A stretch of 64,000 bases of DNA from Eledone cirrhosa (taxonomy: Eukaryota), in the NCBI GenBank assembly GCA_964016885.1, contig OZ024742.1:248124001-248188000 (forward strand), given 5' to 3'. Shown here piece by piece: positions 44,002-58,719 of the stretch. Below the pieces are notes generated by a model. It ran no database searches. It had not been told where the DNA came from and was given only the letters and a program-made list of their open reading frames with translations. Position numbers and translations under genes: made by a program. Every line of letters starts with the position of its first letter. Position 1 is the first letter of the stretch.

Positions 44002-44348
44002 TCTCTCTCTCTTCGCTCTCTCCCTCTATCTTCCTCTTCTCTTTCTCTCTCTCTCACTTTTTTAGTGTCACAGACTTATGAGTACATACACCCAAACCCA
44101 TACGTTTCCACATAACTAATACTAAATTACCATTGGATGTCGTTACGTCCATACAAACACACACACATTCTGTTATACACGCACACATATATACGCACTA
44201 TTACATTATGTATACCGTACACACACACTCCTTCTCTCTCACACACATACACAGACACACACACACACACATATATGTAAATAAAAATAGATATGTATAT
44301 GTACAGCGAGAGTGAGAGTGAGAGAGAGAGAGGGATGCAAATATATGC

Positions 44349-44396
<48 letters not shown>

Positions 44397-44397
44397 G

Positions 44398-44495
<98 letters not shown>

Positions 44496-45024
44496 ACGAG
44501 CAGCCACTGTTCATCGGTTCACAGTTAAACCTGTGTAAATCTCTTCCTTTTTATTCACGCGTGAAATGATTGGGCGATTTTTTTGACATATGGTAATATG
44601 CTACTGCTGTGAATAACTTCTATGTTATAGTTAAATACGCCTTTCAAAGTCTATATTTACGCATACTGCCTAAATCGAACAATGTTTAAGTGAGAAAGTG
44701 GATTATTATGGTTTATTAATTCCTCCATCTCAATCCTATTCTCCTCATCACCAACGCTACCACGTTATTTTTTCGGTTTTAGTAAGGGGAAAAATAATTT
44801 ATTTGCGGTCGATTACCTGTTGTAGTTGATCAAAGGATAAGAGATTTACACATGCAAACCTGTGTGACTTACTGAATCCTAATTATATTCACAAATCTTC
44901 AGTTAGCAGAGAAATATAACATTTAAATGACGGACGGAACAGAAGTTGTTCAACAAGAGAATGCTGTGTATGTAGAATATCTATCCAGTTATGTGATTTA
45001 ATTGTGAAAAAGAAAGTGCACTAA

Positions 45025-45432
45025 CAATTGTTTCTACATTTTGCAAAATGCTAACGATTTAAAGGGAAGGCGAAGGTCGTATAAATCGATCCCAGTTCGT
45101 TGCTGGTACTTTATTTCATTGTCTCTGTAATGATGAAAAGCAAAGCTAACCCAGACGTGTTTTGATCTCAGAAAGTAAAGGACCGTAATTATATGACGCA
45201 TAGCATGTTGTCCGACGCAGCTACCAATACTGCCAATCTAATAATAATGTGGATGCACAGTATCGGTAGAGGGTCAGACACCATGCTTTGACGTATAGTG
45301 TTACGGCCCTTGCTATTCTGAGTTCAAATCCCGCCGAGGTTAACTTTGCCTTTCATCCTTACGGGATCGATAAAATAAAGTACCAGTAATGCACTGGATA
45401 ATTGCTGGTCTTGTGCCAAAAGTAGAAACAAT
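45025..45432. mobile_element. Head-to-head pair of SINE family 1 copies
   Basis: 45025-45236(-, diverged) and 45256-45432(+). Confidence 0.8.
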
Positions 45433-45620
45433 AATAATAATTTCTTTATTGGCCACAAGTGCTGGAAAACATGCTCATTGTTTTTATTAGATTATCTTTT
45501 GTATAAAAAAAAAAATAAGGGGAAACTACTAATTCAGTTCAATTTTCAAATTCTAACATCAGCTTCTATTCGGTGATATTTACATACGTACACACACACA
45601 CACACAGACACACACACACA

Positions 45621-45670
<50 letters not shown>

Positions 45671-45683
45671 CACACACACACAC

Positions 45684-45738
<55 letters not shown>

Positions 45739-45739
45739 C

Positions 45740-45777
<38 letters not shown>

Positions 45778-45781
<4 letters not shown>

Positions 45782-46030
45782 CGTTTCTGAGTTTGTTTAG
45801 CAAGATTCTTTATCTGAAATCGTGTGTTGAAACCGATATTGTTATACTTTGGGAGCGTCATGTTGCCAGTAAGAAACACACGCACCAGTTGCTTTCACTT
45901 CAATTTACTTACAACCAACCAACCAGAAATTTATAAATTTATAAATTTATTATAAATTTATTATAATAAATTGAAGTGAAAGCAACTGGTGCGTGTGTTT
46001 CTTACTGGCAACATGACCCTCCCAAAGTAT

Positions 46031-46036
<6 letters not shown>
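45778..46036. mobile_element. Fold-back element (family O, truncated downstream of the HHR)
   Basis: 45837-45908 is inverted to 45967-46036; left extension matches 56465-56525. Confidence 0.85.
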
Positions 46037-46060
<24 letters not shown>

Positions 46061-46062
<2 letters not shown>

Positions 46063-46267
46063 CGAAGGTAGTGTGGTAAGGAACCAGGTGGACCATAACG
46101 CACCAGAGTACTCGATACTTTCAGTAACAGAGTGGGTAATATGAAACAAGTAAGGACACCGACGGCAGAGCTCAAGCCGTTTTGGCGGCTATTTCTGGAC
46201 GGAGAGGCCAGAAATAGGCGTCGAAACTGCTTGAGCTCTGCCGTCGGGGTCCTGACTATTTTCATAT
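46061..46267. mobile_element. Fold-back element (family J)
   Basis: Centre ~46203; GAAAC..GTC half-hammerhead; left arm extended with the ACTC..GAGTACT hairpin. Confidence 0.8.
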
Positions 46268-46441
46268 ATATATATATATATATATATAATAATAATAAGT
46301 TGACGGGTGTAGCATGGGTTTCACTGCTTGTACAGGTTGCATCGCAGCGTACTCAATAGGTAATGTTAAGTAAACTCCCAGAGTAGACACATGGTTATTC
46401 GCTTTAATACAACACACGTAAAAGGGTACCTTCAATCTATA

Positions 46442-46552
46442 CCCGAACTTGTGTTTCTGTTACACCTAATGCAGCAATAGAGTGCACAGCAACTACTCTC
46501 TGCATTTATTATGCAACAATGCACAATCGGCGCATGTCGCTTCATCTGCGGG
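46442..46552 (-). ncRNA. Decayed hammerhead with long stem II
   Basis: cccg-CAGATGA...GAAAC-acaa-GTT-cggg; downstream ACTC..GAGTAC at 46349-46384(-). Confidence 0.5.
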
Positions 46553-47677
46553 TTTCGCTTAATCATTAACCAATCGATTAACAGAATTCGATTCCAATCC
46601 GTGTCGGGTATAACTGAATGTGACGAACAACAGAGTAAAACATTAGCAACTGAAATCCCTACGCGTCAACACAATGCTGTCAATTGGCCATTGGTTCAGA
46701 AATTTATGTGACGGCAGGAGACGAAATTCAAATAGTTCCGCTCCTGCCATAAGCGCTCAGTCAACGTGTCTCAAACACACACACACACACACGCGCACAC
46801 ACACACACATACCCCCCCCCCATACACAGACACACCAATGCACCCACACACACACATATATATATATTCAGAGAGATGTGAGGGATAGTGGAAATATCCG
46901 AATTAGCGTAACAATGTGTGATAAGGATGGACATTTGAATAAATGGTATATACCCTCCAACCGGCCTCCATACAGTGAGATTCATCCCACTCCCTGCTGG
47001 TTGCAAAAGGAACTTCCTTATCATTACTTTTGGCGTGCATCCTTTTACTAGCGATATTTATACAAAAACATGCGATTGTATCGTGTAGTAATTCAGCTAT
47101 TATACTATTCCTAGTGTGGTGGATTGGTGTAATTGTTTCCGCCATTCTCTTCGACAAAATTGGTGGCATTGAAAGTGAAGATTGCAAATATCAGCGACTG
47201 GTGGGCTTCGTTGGAGAATAACTTGCCAGTTACAGATCCATAATCTCAATAGATATATGAAGACCCAGATGTTTCTTTTGTACGTAATGGCACAAATCAT
47301 GATATCTATTTGTGCCTCTTTCAATAAAAGAGTAAACACATATATATATTACCTGTTGTGCCTAACACTCAAAGTGAGTGTGTCGTCAGTGATAAATGAG
47401 AATTTGACAACAACTATATCATCTGTGATTGCTATATTCAGAGATATGTGTTTTATTAATTGTTAGATCACATAATGTTTACCGCAAGATCTTGCAGAAA
47501 CACAAACAAAATTATATGATCGAGTGAAACGGTGAAAGGTTTAAAAATTGTACAACTGTGGTTGTTATTACTGTTGATGTTTGACCAATATCCAACTTGG
47601 GTGAGGAAATATCTGAGGAAAGACGATCTAATCATGACCATTCCATCAGTCTCTATATTCGGAACTATAGTGAATAA

Positions 47678-48043
47678 TAATTTCTACTTTTGACACAAGG
47701 CCAGCAATTACCTCAGTGTATTACTAGTGCTTTATTTTATCGACCCCATATGGATGAAAGGCAAAGTTAACCTCGGCGGGAGTTGAACACAGACCGTAAA
47801 AAGGCGTAAATCTATGCTGGAAAGCATGGTGTCCGACCTTCTACCGATACTGCCAACTATATTGAATAAATGTTTCTACTTTTGGCACAAGACCAGGAAT
47901 TACCCAGTACATAACTAGTACTTTATTTTATCGACCTCGTAAGGATGAAAGGTAAATTTAACTTCGACGGGATTTGAACTCAGACCGTAAAGGGACGTAA
48001 CTATGCTAGAAAGCATGGCGTCCAACCCTCTACCGATACTGCA
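47678..48043 (-). mobile_element. Two tandem SINE family 1 copies
   Basis: 47678-47858 and 47870-48043. Confidence 0.85.
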
Positions 48044-48583
48044 TTGAATAATACGATTATTTTAGGTAAATTGGCTGTTTTTCTCGCATGCCAGTCGACT
48101 ACATAGACGTACACTGAAATGAAATGTTGATAAATGCTTTAACTTATTGCTTTAAAACGTTTCTTAAAAAACTTTCTGTAACATCTAATGGATATATGAT
48201 ACCAGTTTACTTAATGGTGTTTATATTTAGCTAAAAACCTTCTATCAATTACATTTTAGAACATTTGTGAAGTTGTATTCCGAGCAATAATTTTGTAACG
48301 GCAAACGTTTATTATGTTAATCAATCCATATAAATCAGCAGTATTTTACAAATATATTTGCGGCTCTGCATCAAAAACACCAACAGCAGCATCAATAATA
48401 GCAAACATGCCTCAAATGCAATCATCGATGAGGATCATGGCATTGATTGTAAGATGATGGTGATGTTGATGACGATATTAGTGCTAAAACGGTAATTATA
48501 ATGATGACATGGATGGTGATGGTTCTTATTATGAAGTGGGTGATTATGTTGATAATGGTGAGTTCGATAGTGACGACGATCTT

Positions 48584-48795
48584 GGATGAGTGGTTAGATA
48601 ATTGGATTCGCAATCGTGAGGTTGTGACTTCGATTCCCGGATCAGACGATACGTTATGTCCTTCAACAAGACACTTTATTTCACGTTGCTCCTTCTACCT
48701 GGAGATACGACAGATAGATAATATTAGCGATTAGAAAGACCAATGGAAACATTGTTTCCTCGGTCCGATTTGACGGAAGTCGATCGACTGTCGAT
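48584..48795 (+). mobile_element. SINE family 2
   Basis: Colinear with 8980-9192. Confidence 0.8.
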
Positions 48796-48797
48796 AC

Positions 48798-48946
<149 letters not shown>

Positions 48947-49054
48947 ATTACTACAACAGAGGTCCGACGAGCTTTTGATTCCAAAGTCGGGTCAGATCGA
49001 TACAGAACGAACATTGAGCTGATGAATAGCGTAACGTGCGTCTCCATTCGTCCT

Positions 49055-49330
49055 TGTATTATTCCTTACGGGGTCGATAAAATAAAGTACCAGTAATGCA
49101 CTGGGTAATTGCTGGCCTTGTGCCAAAAGTAGAAACAATTATTATTTGGATTGGCAGTATCGATAGAAGGTCGGACGCCATGCTTTGCTGAATAGAGTTA
49201 CGTCCCTTGCTATTTTAACTTCAAATCCCGCCGAGGTTAACTTTGCTTTCATCCTTACGGGGTCGATAAAATAAAGTACCAGTAATGTACTGTGTAATTG
49301 CTGGCCTTGTGCCAAAAGTAGAAACAATTA
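49055..49330 (+). mobile_element. SINE family 1: 3' fragment plus full copy
   Basis: 49055-49142 and 49150-49330, each with an (ATT)n tail. Confidence 0.85.
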
Positions 49331-50294
49331 TTATTATCATTATTATTATTATTATTATATATTTATGTTTATGATGATAGCAATATCTTGGAAGATACAC
49401 CCCCACAAAGGGATAATAATAATTGTTTTATGTTATACATGAATGACGTCACAAACGCCGACCTCGTTGGCGTGAACAGCAATAAAAGAACCGTCAGTGA
49501 CGGCGTTGATGGAGGTGACGTCAGAGGTTGGCGTTATGATGAACTTAAATGTTATTGATTTGTGGGTAATTATGTCGATGGAAGGCAATTGATTTCTCAT
49601 GAAGAAATTTCGTAAATGTCATGAGTGATGCTGGCGTTGGTGGTGACGATGATTATGGGGTTGAAGGTGTTGTTGGTGGTATCGATTGCAGTGTTTGTGG
49701 TAGGGATGATGGGGGTGATGGCAATAATGTTGTAGAGGTCGTATTCGTGATGGAGGATGGAGATATTGATGATGTGGAAAGTGTTGGAAACGGTGGGTAT
49801 AGTGATGTCGGTGATGGCAATAATAATGATGATGATGATTATGATGATAATGTTGATGATGCTTATGATGATGTTGATTATGATAATGACGTTATTACTA
49901 ATGATGATCTAAATGAACGGCGTTTTTGATTAAGAGGTGGATTATGGTGATAATTATTAAGGACTTGTTGTTGCTTTTGTAGCCTGTATTACTCTCACCC
50001 CCCACCCACCCCTCCATCCTCCATTTTAGCATCATATCCTCTCTCTCTCTCCTTTCGCCTCTCAGCCAAACCCTCTATATATTTTGCCGTCTTCTACCAT
50101 CCATACATCCTCTTTCCCTCTCTATTTAACTCTGATGTAAACTCTTAGATTTGTTGTTTACACCTATGTTATTTTAATTTTTGTTAAAGAACCCCAGAAT
50201 TGGTGTCAATAATGTTCCTAAATCTACATATATATATTTACCCCCCCCCCTCTCTCGCTGTCTCTGTCTCTCTCTCTCTCTCTCTCTGTATATA

Positions 50295-50449
<155 letters not shown>

Positions 50450-50456
50450 ATATATA

Positions 50457-50521
<65 letters not shown>

Positions 50522-50528
50522 ATATATA

Positions 50529-50587
<59 letters not shown>

Positions 50588-50590
<3 letters not shown>

Positions 50591-50785
50591 AAAGAATAGA
50601 GGTGTAACACACGAGTTATGATATATTGGTAGACGGAAAACAAACTGATGACAAATTGTTCTCAGTGAAAAATAGTTTAATTAGGCCGCCCGTGGTGTTT
50701 GCTCTAATTAGAGCAAACACCTCGGGCGGCCTAATTAAACTATTTTTCACTGAGAACAATTTGTCAGCGTTTTCTTTTCCGTTTA

Positions 50786-50792
<7 letters not shown>
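50588..50792. mobile_element. Fold-back element (family M)
   Basis: Palindrome 50622-50792 centred on CTAATTAG (~50707); short left extension; (TA)n flanks; no HHR retained. Confidence 0.85.
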
Positions 50793-50837
<45 letters not shown>

Positions 50838-50877
50838 CATATTTACATAAAAATACATATATATATAAACTTGTCAG

Positions 50878-50944
<67 letters not shown>

Positions 50945-50954
50945 GTATATATAT

Positions 50955-51541
<587 letters not shown>

Positions 51542-52099
51542 TTAAAAAATAATGAATAAAACAATGAAACAGTTTCTTGTATTAAACAAAAAAAGTTCAT
51601 TATTTAACGATCGTTTCTAGGACATATATGTGTTAGAATTGGCATGCATATTCAACAGATCTATGTACAAAATTATACAAAATTATACAAACTATCAAAA
51701 TAGAATATACATACCAACACATACATATGCCGTCTTCAGAAATAATAAAGTATATTTATTGATAATAACAACAATTCAAAATTACAGGTCTGTTTGGGAA
51801 CAGATTTTAAATAGACCAATGAAATACATAACAATATATCAAGAAAATACAGTTAGGTGTGTGTATATATGTAAGTAACTTTGTTCACAGATATGCATAA
51901 AAATATATGTTCACATGCATACGAATGTCGAAAAAATGTATGTAAATACAAAAATTCAGGGCTAATGTCTCTGTATGTTTATAATCCACAGACAAAATAC
52001 ACATACGTATACATACACACACACACACTCATATATACACACATATACATACATTCATACACTCACACGCATATATACATAAACATACACATACCCACG

Positions 52100-52150
<51 letters not shown>

Positions 52151-52310
52151 GTATATATTATTATTATAACTATAAGGATATTGACTCTGTATTCCGTTTA
52201 TCTTTCACCGAAAGTGATTTTTGAATGCATCTCTTCTTTCCATGATATCCGGATTACATTGAGTTCTTCATACGGATTGGACATTACCGTAAACTTTTGG
52301 TAGATTTATC

Positions 52311-52391
<81 letters not shown>

Positions 52392-52392
<1 letters not shown>

Positions 52393-54045
52393 TGTGGTTA
52401 CACAACAGTGAGTTCGCCATACCAAGAACAATTGTTTCACCTTAGCGGATGCTCAGCTCGTAATGGACATGGTTATACGGAACAGGAAGGATAGCCGTAC
52501 GAACGCGGATGCGCAGAAACGATCACTTCACAGGCAATACTAAAATCCGTGCGAGAGGTGTAAGGGAAATAACTGCGAAATTCCGAAAAGATTCCAGTTG
52601 ATGAGAACATTAGGATGAAGTTGTAATTCAATCCGGAGCTTTGTAGTTACGCAAGAGGTGTTTTGAGACGTGTGGACAGCGTGTAAAAAATTCATTTCTG
52701 TTGTTTAGGCAATCGCTATTGCATAATCTCTTTAGAATATTTATTCATTCATCAATACATAGTCCACACGACGGATTCCCCCTTGCGTATGGCTTGGACC
52801 TAGTGATGACTTTCCATTGAATGGAGTAGACTATACTTGAGTCCTTGAGGGACCATACGTGGCTCGCGCGTTTCGGGGATGAACATCCGTTCGGATACCC
52901 ACAAGTCGACTGGTGGTTCAGGAAGAGTTCCTTAAATCGGCCCTCCGCCATACCCACATAGTATTTGACCTCATGTGGTTGATTTGGTCGGTTGGAAGTG
53001 ACCACAGCTTCATAAACTACAGCGGGTGTGTTGCATTGCTTTTGAAGGGGACAAGATTCGGGCTTACGGCAAGAGCACCCTGGTGTTGTGTTGCTCTTAG
53101 GGCTGTTGGTGACGTGGGACTTCATGTTCTTAGCGCAGGAGTATCCTAGTTTTACTTTGTGTCGGTTAAATATGGAGCGGTATTTATGACCTATGGGAAA
53201 GTGTCTATCTAAGTGGGAGGGATAGAAATTGTTTGCCTACATTGGTTTTAACGTTGAGTGAGAAGGGAGGGGAGAACCAGATAGTTTGTCTATTGTTATG
53301 CTTTCTTTTCTTATTGCTGCTGTTGATAGTGGGAGAGTAAGTGATAGGTTGCGAGAAGCCGCTGTTAGCTAACTCCGTGTTATAGTAGGGCGCTGCCCTG
53401 TCAAAGATAGACTTATTAGAGGAGAGGGTTGAGATTCTAGTACTGATATTATTTACGAAGTTTCTAAAAACAGCGGAAGGGTGGCATGAGTCCTTGTAAA
53501 TGTAGTTGAGGTTTTTGTTTAGCTTATGGAAGGGTCTGTAGGTGTGTGTACGAAGGTCTAAATTAATGTCTAAAAAATCTATGCTAGGGAGGTTGGTAGC
53601 TGCTGTTATCCTAAGTCCTAACTCATTGAAGATAGAAGCTAAATCTTTTTTAAACCGGTCGAGGTCGTGACCACTTTTATGGCTCGATAAGGTCAGTCCA
53701 TCGTCGCGGTATATTCCCGTGTGGAAGTCCGCGAATCTAACACGTAATATGTCTAAAATAAATAGGCCAACCAAGTCACATACGTCAGCACTGTCAAACG
53801 ATCCCATGTAGACGTCGAATAGGTCTGAAGTTGTTGACTTCTTTGCCCAGGCTACTCTGTCGTTGAAGAGGAAGGTTTTCCGGCAGTGAGCGATGATTTC
53901 CCTGTCTAAACCATCGACGGTAGTGTAAGTGGTAGCGAAGTCCAACGATTTGTTTAACAGGGTCTCTGAGATCGACGGGTAAAAATCAACATTGTCAAAC
54001 TGTGTGAACTTGGCTTTTTTGGATTTTAAGCAGTTAAACCACTTA
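52392..54045 (-). mobile_element. 5'-truncated Neptune-type PLE (family P): RT, linker, GIY-YIG, terminal repeat
   Basis: ORF 53205-53945 (LFDVYMGSFDSADVCDLVG, YRDDGL, FLD, SCHP) and ORF 52745-53125 (GIY-YIG); frameshifted. HHR 52423-52460(-) has a mutated core. Confidence 0.95.
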
Positions 54046-54046
54046 A

Positions 54047-54806
54047 TTAAGCCCGAACCTTGTCCCCTTCAACAGCAATGCAACACACCCGCTGTAGTTT
54101 ATGAAGCTGTTGTCACTTCCAACCGACCAAATCAACCACATGAGGTCAAATCCTATGTGGGTATGGCGGAGGGCCGATTTAAGGAACGCTTCCTGAACCA
54201 CCAGTCGACCTTTAGGTACCCGGACAGACGTTCATCCGAGAAACTAGCGAGCTACGTATGGTCCCTCAAGGACTCAAGTATAGACTACTCCATTCAATGG
54301 AAAGCCATCACTAACTCCAAGCCATGCGCAAGGGGAAATCCGTCGTGTGGACTATGTATTCATGGACGAATAAATATTCTAAAGAGATTATGCAATAGCG
54401 ATTGCCTAAACACGAGGAATGAATTCTTTACACGTTGTCCACACGTCTCGAAACACCTCTTGCGTAACTACAAATCTCCGGATTGAATAACAACAACATC
54501 CTAATTTTCTAATCAACTTGAAACTTTTCAGACCTTCGCAATTATCTCCTTTACACCTCTCGCACGCATTTTAGTATTGCCTGTGAAGTGATCGTTTCTG
54601 CGCATGCGCGTTCGTACGCTTGTCCTTCCTGTTCCGTATAACCATGTCCATTACGAGCTGAGGATCCGCTAAGGTGAAACAACTGTTCTCGGTATGGTGA
54701 ACTAACTGTTGTGTAACCACTTCTACCTAACTCGTCCCATGGACTGAGTGCTCTACCACTACGGATATTACCTTCCAGTGTTCTACCACACTATTATCCT
54801 TACTTG
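54047..54806 (+). mobile_element. Inverted second copy of family P 3' part
   Basis: CPLQQQC..VVYEA..YVGMAEGRFKERFLNH; terminal repeat runs ~85 bp beyond the end of the minus copy. Confidence 0.95.
54654..54691 (+). ncRNA. Minimal hammerhead (family P)
   Basis: cgag-CTGAGGA-tccgctaaggt-GAAAC-aact-GTT-ctcg. Confidence 0.82.
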
Positions 54807-54890
54807 ATATATATATATATATATTTGTACTTATATATACACATATATATATAGAAATATATATATATGTCTCTCTCTATATATATGTCT

Positions 54891-54955
<65 letters not shown>

Positions 54956-55965
54956 TGTGTGTATGTGTTAGTGTTCCTGTATCCGTCGTATGTTATATAT
55001 TTTGCAAATATATGTGATGAATTAGCGTTATACAGACATGTCATATACCTCTTATCCACATTCTTCTTCTTCTTCTTCTTCTTCTTCTTCTTCTTCTTCT
55101 TCCTGAGAGGGTCGTGTGGGCAGAGTCCTCAAACACCCCTTCCAGTGGTTTCTGTCAGATGCAATAATTTCTAGCTGAATCACCAAGTGAGACCAACCAA
55201 GCTCTTGATTCACCCTTGCTGATGTCACCATAAGTGCTGTTATTGGGGTTTTCTTGTTATACGAGCTGGTGATGTTGTTACAGTTGACGATGAAAATATT
55301 GATTCAGTTGTTGTTGTCAATGAAGCAGATGATGGTAATGGTAGTGGTTGATGACAGTGATGATGGGGGAACTGTGGATGTCGTTGGAACTGGTTATAGT
55401 TGTATTGATAATGATGATGATCGTCATCATGATTATCATAGTTGTGGTATTAATGATAATGTGGAGAATGAGGAGGTACCTTACAATAAGGATGCGGAGG
55501 AAGATGTTGATGTTAAAGATGGCGCTGATGATGAGATGATACGCATGTTGACACTGCTTGCGTTGATGATGATGTTGGTGATGATGATGATTTATGATGA
55601 AGATTGATGTTGATGATGATGATGATGATGATTATTATTACGATAACGATGATGTTGATGATGATGGTGATGATAATGATGATGATGACGATGTCGATGG
55701 TGTTGGGGAGGGTAATGCTATTTTCAATGTAGATGAAAGATTATGGTGGTTGTGATGATCATAACTCAAAATATATTATGTATCCCTACAGTCGTAAATA
55801 CTGAAATCATGATTCCATGAATTAATTTGAACTAAATGCAAAGCGTTCGGCACTCAATCTTTGAAGTTTTCTTACCTTCTAGTATAGAAGGCAATTGGGA
55901 TATGACAAAGACAGCATACGTTCATACATACAGGAACACAAATATATGTATATATATATATATAT

Positions 55966-56519
55966 ATTGTTATACTTTGGGAGGGTCATGTTGCCAATAA
56001 GAAACACACGCACCAGTTGCTTTCACTTCAATTTAATTTATTATATATTTATAAATTTACAAATTTATAAATTTCTGGTTGGTTGGTTGGTTCCACAACC
56101 AGATAGTTGTTTATATATATATAGTCATAGTTCTTTCGTCACACACTCTGTGACCTCTTCAGTGACTGGGGATTTCTTTCTTCGTTTCTGTGCCTTTCCT
56201 TTCTTATATCCTACGTAGGATAGAAGAAAGGAAAGGCACAGAAACGAAGAAAGAAATCCCCAGTCACTGAAGAGGTCACGGAGTGTGTGACGAAAGAACT
56301 ATGACTATATATATATAAACAACTATCTGGTTGTGGAACCAACCAACCAACCAGAAATTTATAAATTTGTAAATTTATAAATATATAATAAATTAAATTG
56401 AAGTGAAAGCAACTGGTGCGTGTGTTTCTTATTGGCAACATGACCCTCCCAAAGTATAACAATATCGGTTTCAACACACGATTTCAGATAAAGAATCTTG
56501 CTAAACAAATTCAGAAACG

Positions 56520-56525
<6 letters not shown>
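55966..56525. mobile_element. Near-perfect ~500-bp palindrome with two HHRs (family O)
   Basis: Centre 56214/56215, no spacer. agtca-CTGAAGA-ggtcac..gtgac-GAAA-gaa-CTA-tgact at 56262-56306(+) and 56123-56167(-). Confidence 0.9.
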
Positions 56526-56584
<59 letters not shown>

Positions 56585-57087
56585 TTTTCATGGATTAGGA
56601 ATTTTATTTTTCTAATACACACACACAAACACATATATATATATATATACATATATTTACATATATATATATACATATATATATGAATATATATCCACAC
56701 ACGCACACGCACAAACACACATATATATATGTGCGTGTATGTTTCTGTCTGTCTGTGTGAGTATGTGTGTGTCTATGTGTGTGTGTGTGTGTGTGTGTTT
56801 TATTCCAAGAAGATACAAATCTCTAAAATGCAGAAAATATCTGTACTCACATTAGATGGTGATAAATAATAACTTAGAACATCGGGTAAAACAACATATG
56901 AATTAAAAAAAGAGCGTAGTAGACGTAACATCAGTAATAGCTTTACAGTCGCATGACGTAGAATTGACGCCTCAAAAATGCGTATTATGGCTAATTAAGC
57001 TCTTAAAGAAATTATCGAAGTATGGCGTTCGCATTATTGTATATCCATCCTCCTCCTCGTTTAACGTCTATCTTCTACGCTAGCATG

Positions 57088-57217
<130 letters not shown>

Positions 57218-57244
57218 ATATATACATACATACATACACACTCC

Positions 57245-57315
<71 letters not shown>

Positions 57316-57402
57316 TTATATATATATATATTATATATATATATGCATATATGTATATAATGTATATATACTTATATATATATATATATAAATATATATA
57401 TA

Positions 57403-57560
57403 TATAAGATCAAAAGATGGTTAAAGGAGTTCCATGTATTTTATTATGCGCATTTCAAAAACAAACATCATCATGCAATAATATTTGTGTTTTCATCAGA
57501 TAAAACAGGAGGACATGATATGAAGGCTAAAAAACACTTGTGGATAGTGCAGTTTTAAAT

Positions 57561-57567
<7 letters not shown>
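57403..57567 (-). mobile_element. Solo family B terminus with intact HHR (57439-57505)
   Basis: Same extent as the left arm of 28832-29258; (TA)n on both sides. Confidence 0.9.
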
Positions 57568-57617
<50 letters not shown>

Positions 57618-58719
57618 TGATAGACTAACTGTGTTCATTTATCTACACATTAACTATATATTATAGTATAGAAGTGATGATTATAAAACATCAGAAAACA
57701 TATTATGACATCAAAATAATAATTTTAATATATTGGAAATTTATACAATGTATACTTACGTTAACTTAGAAATAACGCGTTTGACTATATACATGGCTAA
57801 TCCAATTTAATATACCGAGAATATATATATATATATAATTGAAAATGTTAACAAAAAAATGTTGTTTTATGACGAGCATTGAATGTTCTGTGGAGGTAGG
57901 AATTTCATCTCTAATTTCATGCTAGCTGTATCTTCTTACTACCAGCCTAGATTATTATTTTTTAAATTTGTTTGTATATATAGGCATATATATATGTGTG
58001 TGTGTGTGTGTTTAATATTCATATGTGTGTTTGGGCTGTATGTATTCATGTACGTGTATATAGTTCATGAAAATAGTATTTCAATAGTCCTAAGAATATA
58101 GAAACAGAAGTACCATATTCTGAGAAGCTTGCTCAATTCTGTAAATTAACTACATTCTGCATCGTACAATATTAAAAGATGTCACCACTTTGATACCTAC
58201 CTTCGAAAATACTAGACAGTCACATAATAATCATCAAGATATCCAATTGATGAACATTTACCTAGCATGCACGCATTTTTATCATAATGCCCTACACCCT
58301 CTATTATATTTGCACATAACAGTATATCACTATGTTAATGCACCTTCTGGTTTCCTTCATTAATTAATACTCCTTTCTTCATTTTAACATCTGCAGTTCT
58401 GTTTTTTATTAATCCTCCAACTCATTCTTAGGTTTCCTTCTTTTCTAGATTTCACCAATTTCTATTTAATATTTCCACGTCGATTTTTGTTTTACACTCT
58501 CGTGGATTTTATTCTACAGAAATTACACCAAATGCCATATACATATTAATATCCGATTATCAGAATCGGTAAAGCGCCGGACACGGTGCATTACGCTATT
58601 TAGTACTCAGTTTTACATTAAGAGTTCTAATTTTGCTTCGTTCAATTTTCGTGTTCACCCTTTCGAAATCGATAAAACAATGTATCAGTCAAATAATGGG
58701 TTCGATATAATCAAATTTG

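Noticed and set aside
49621-49929. Asp/Gly-rich ORFs (also 55254-55607)
   Set aside because: Degenerate (GAT)n repeats.
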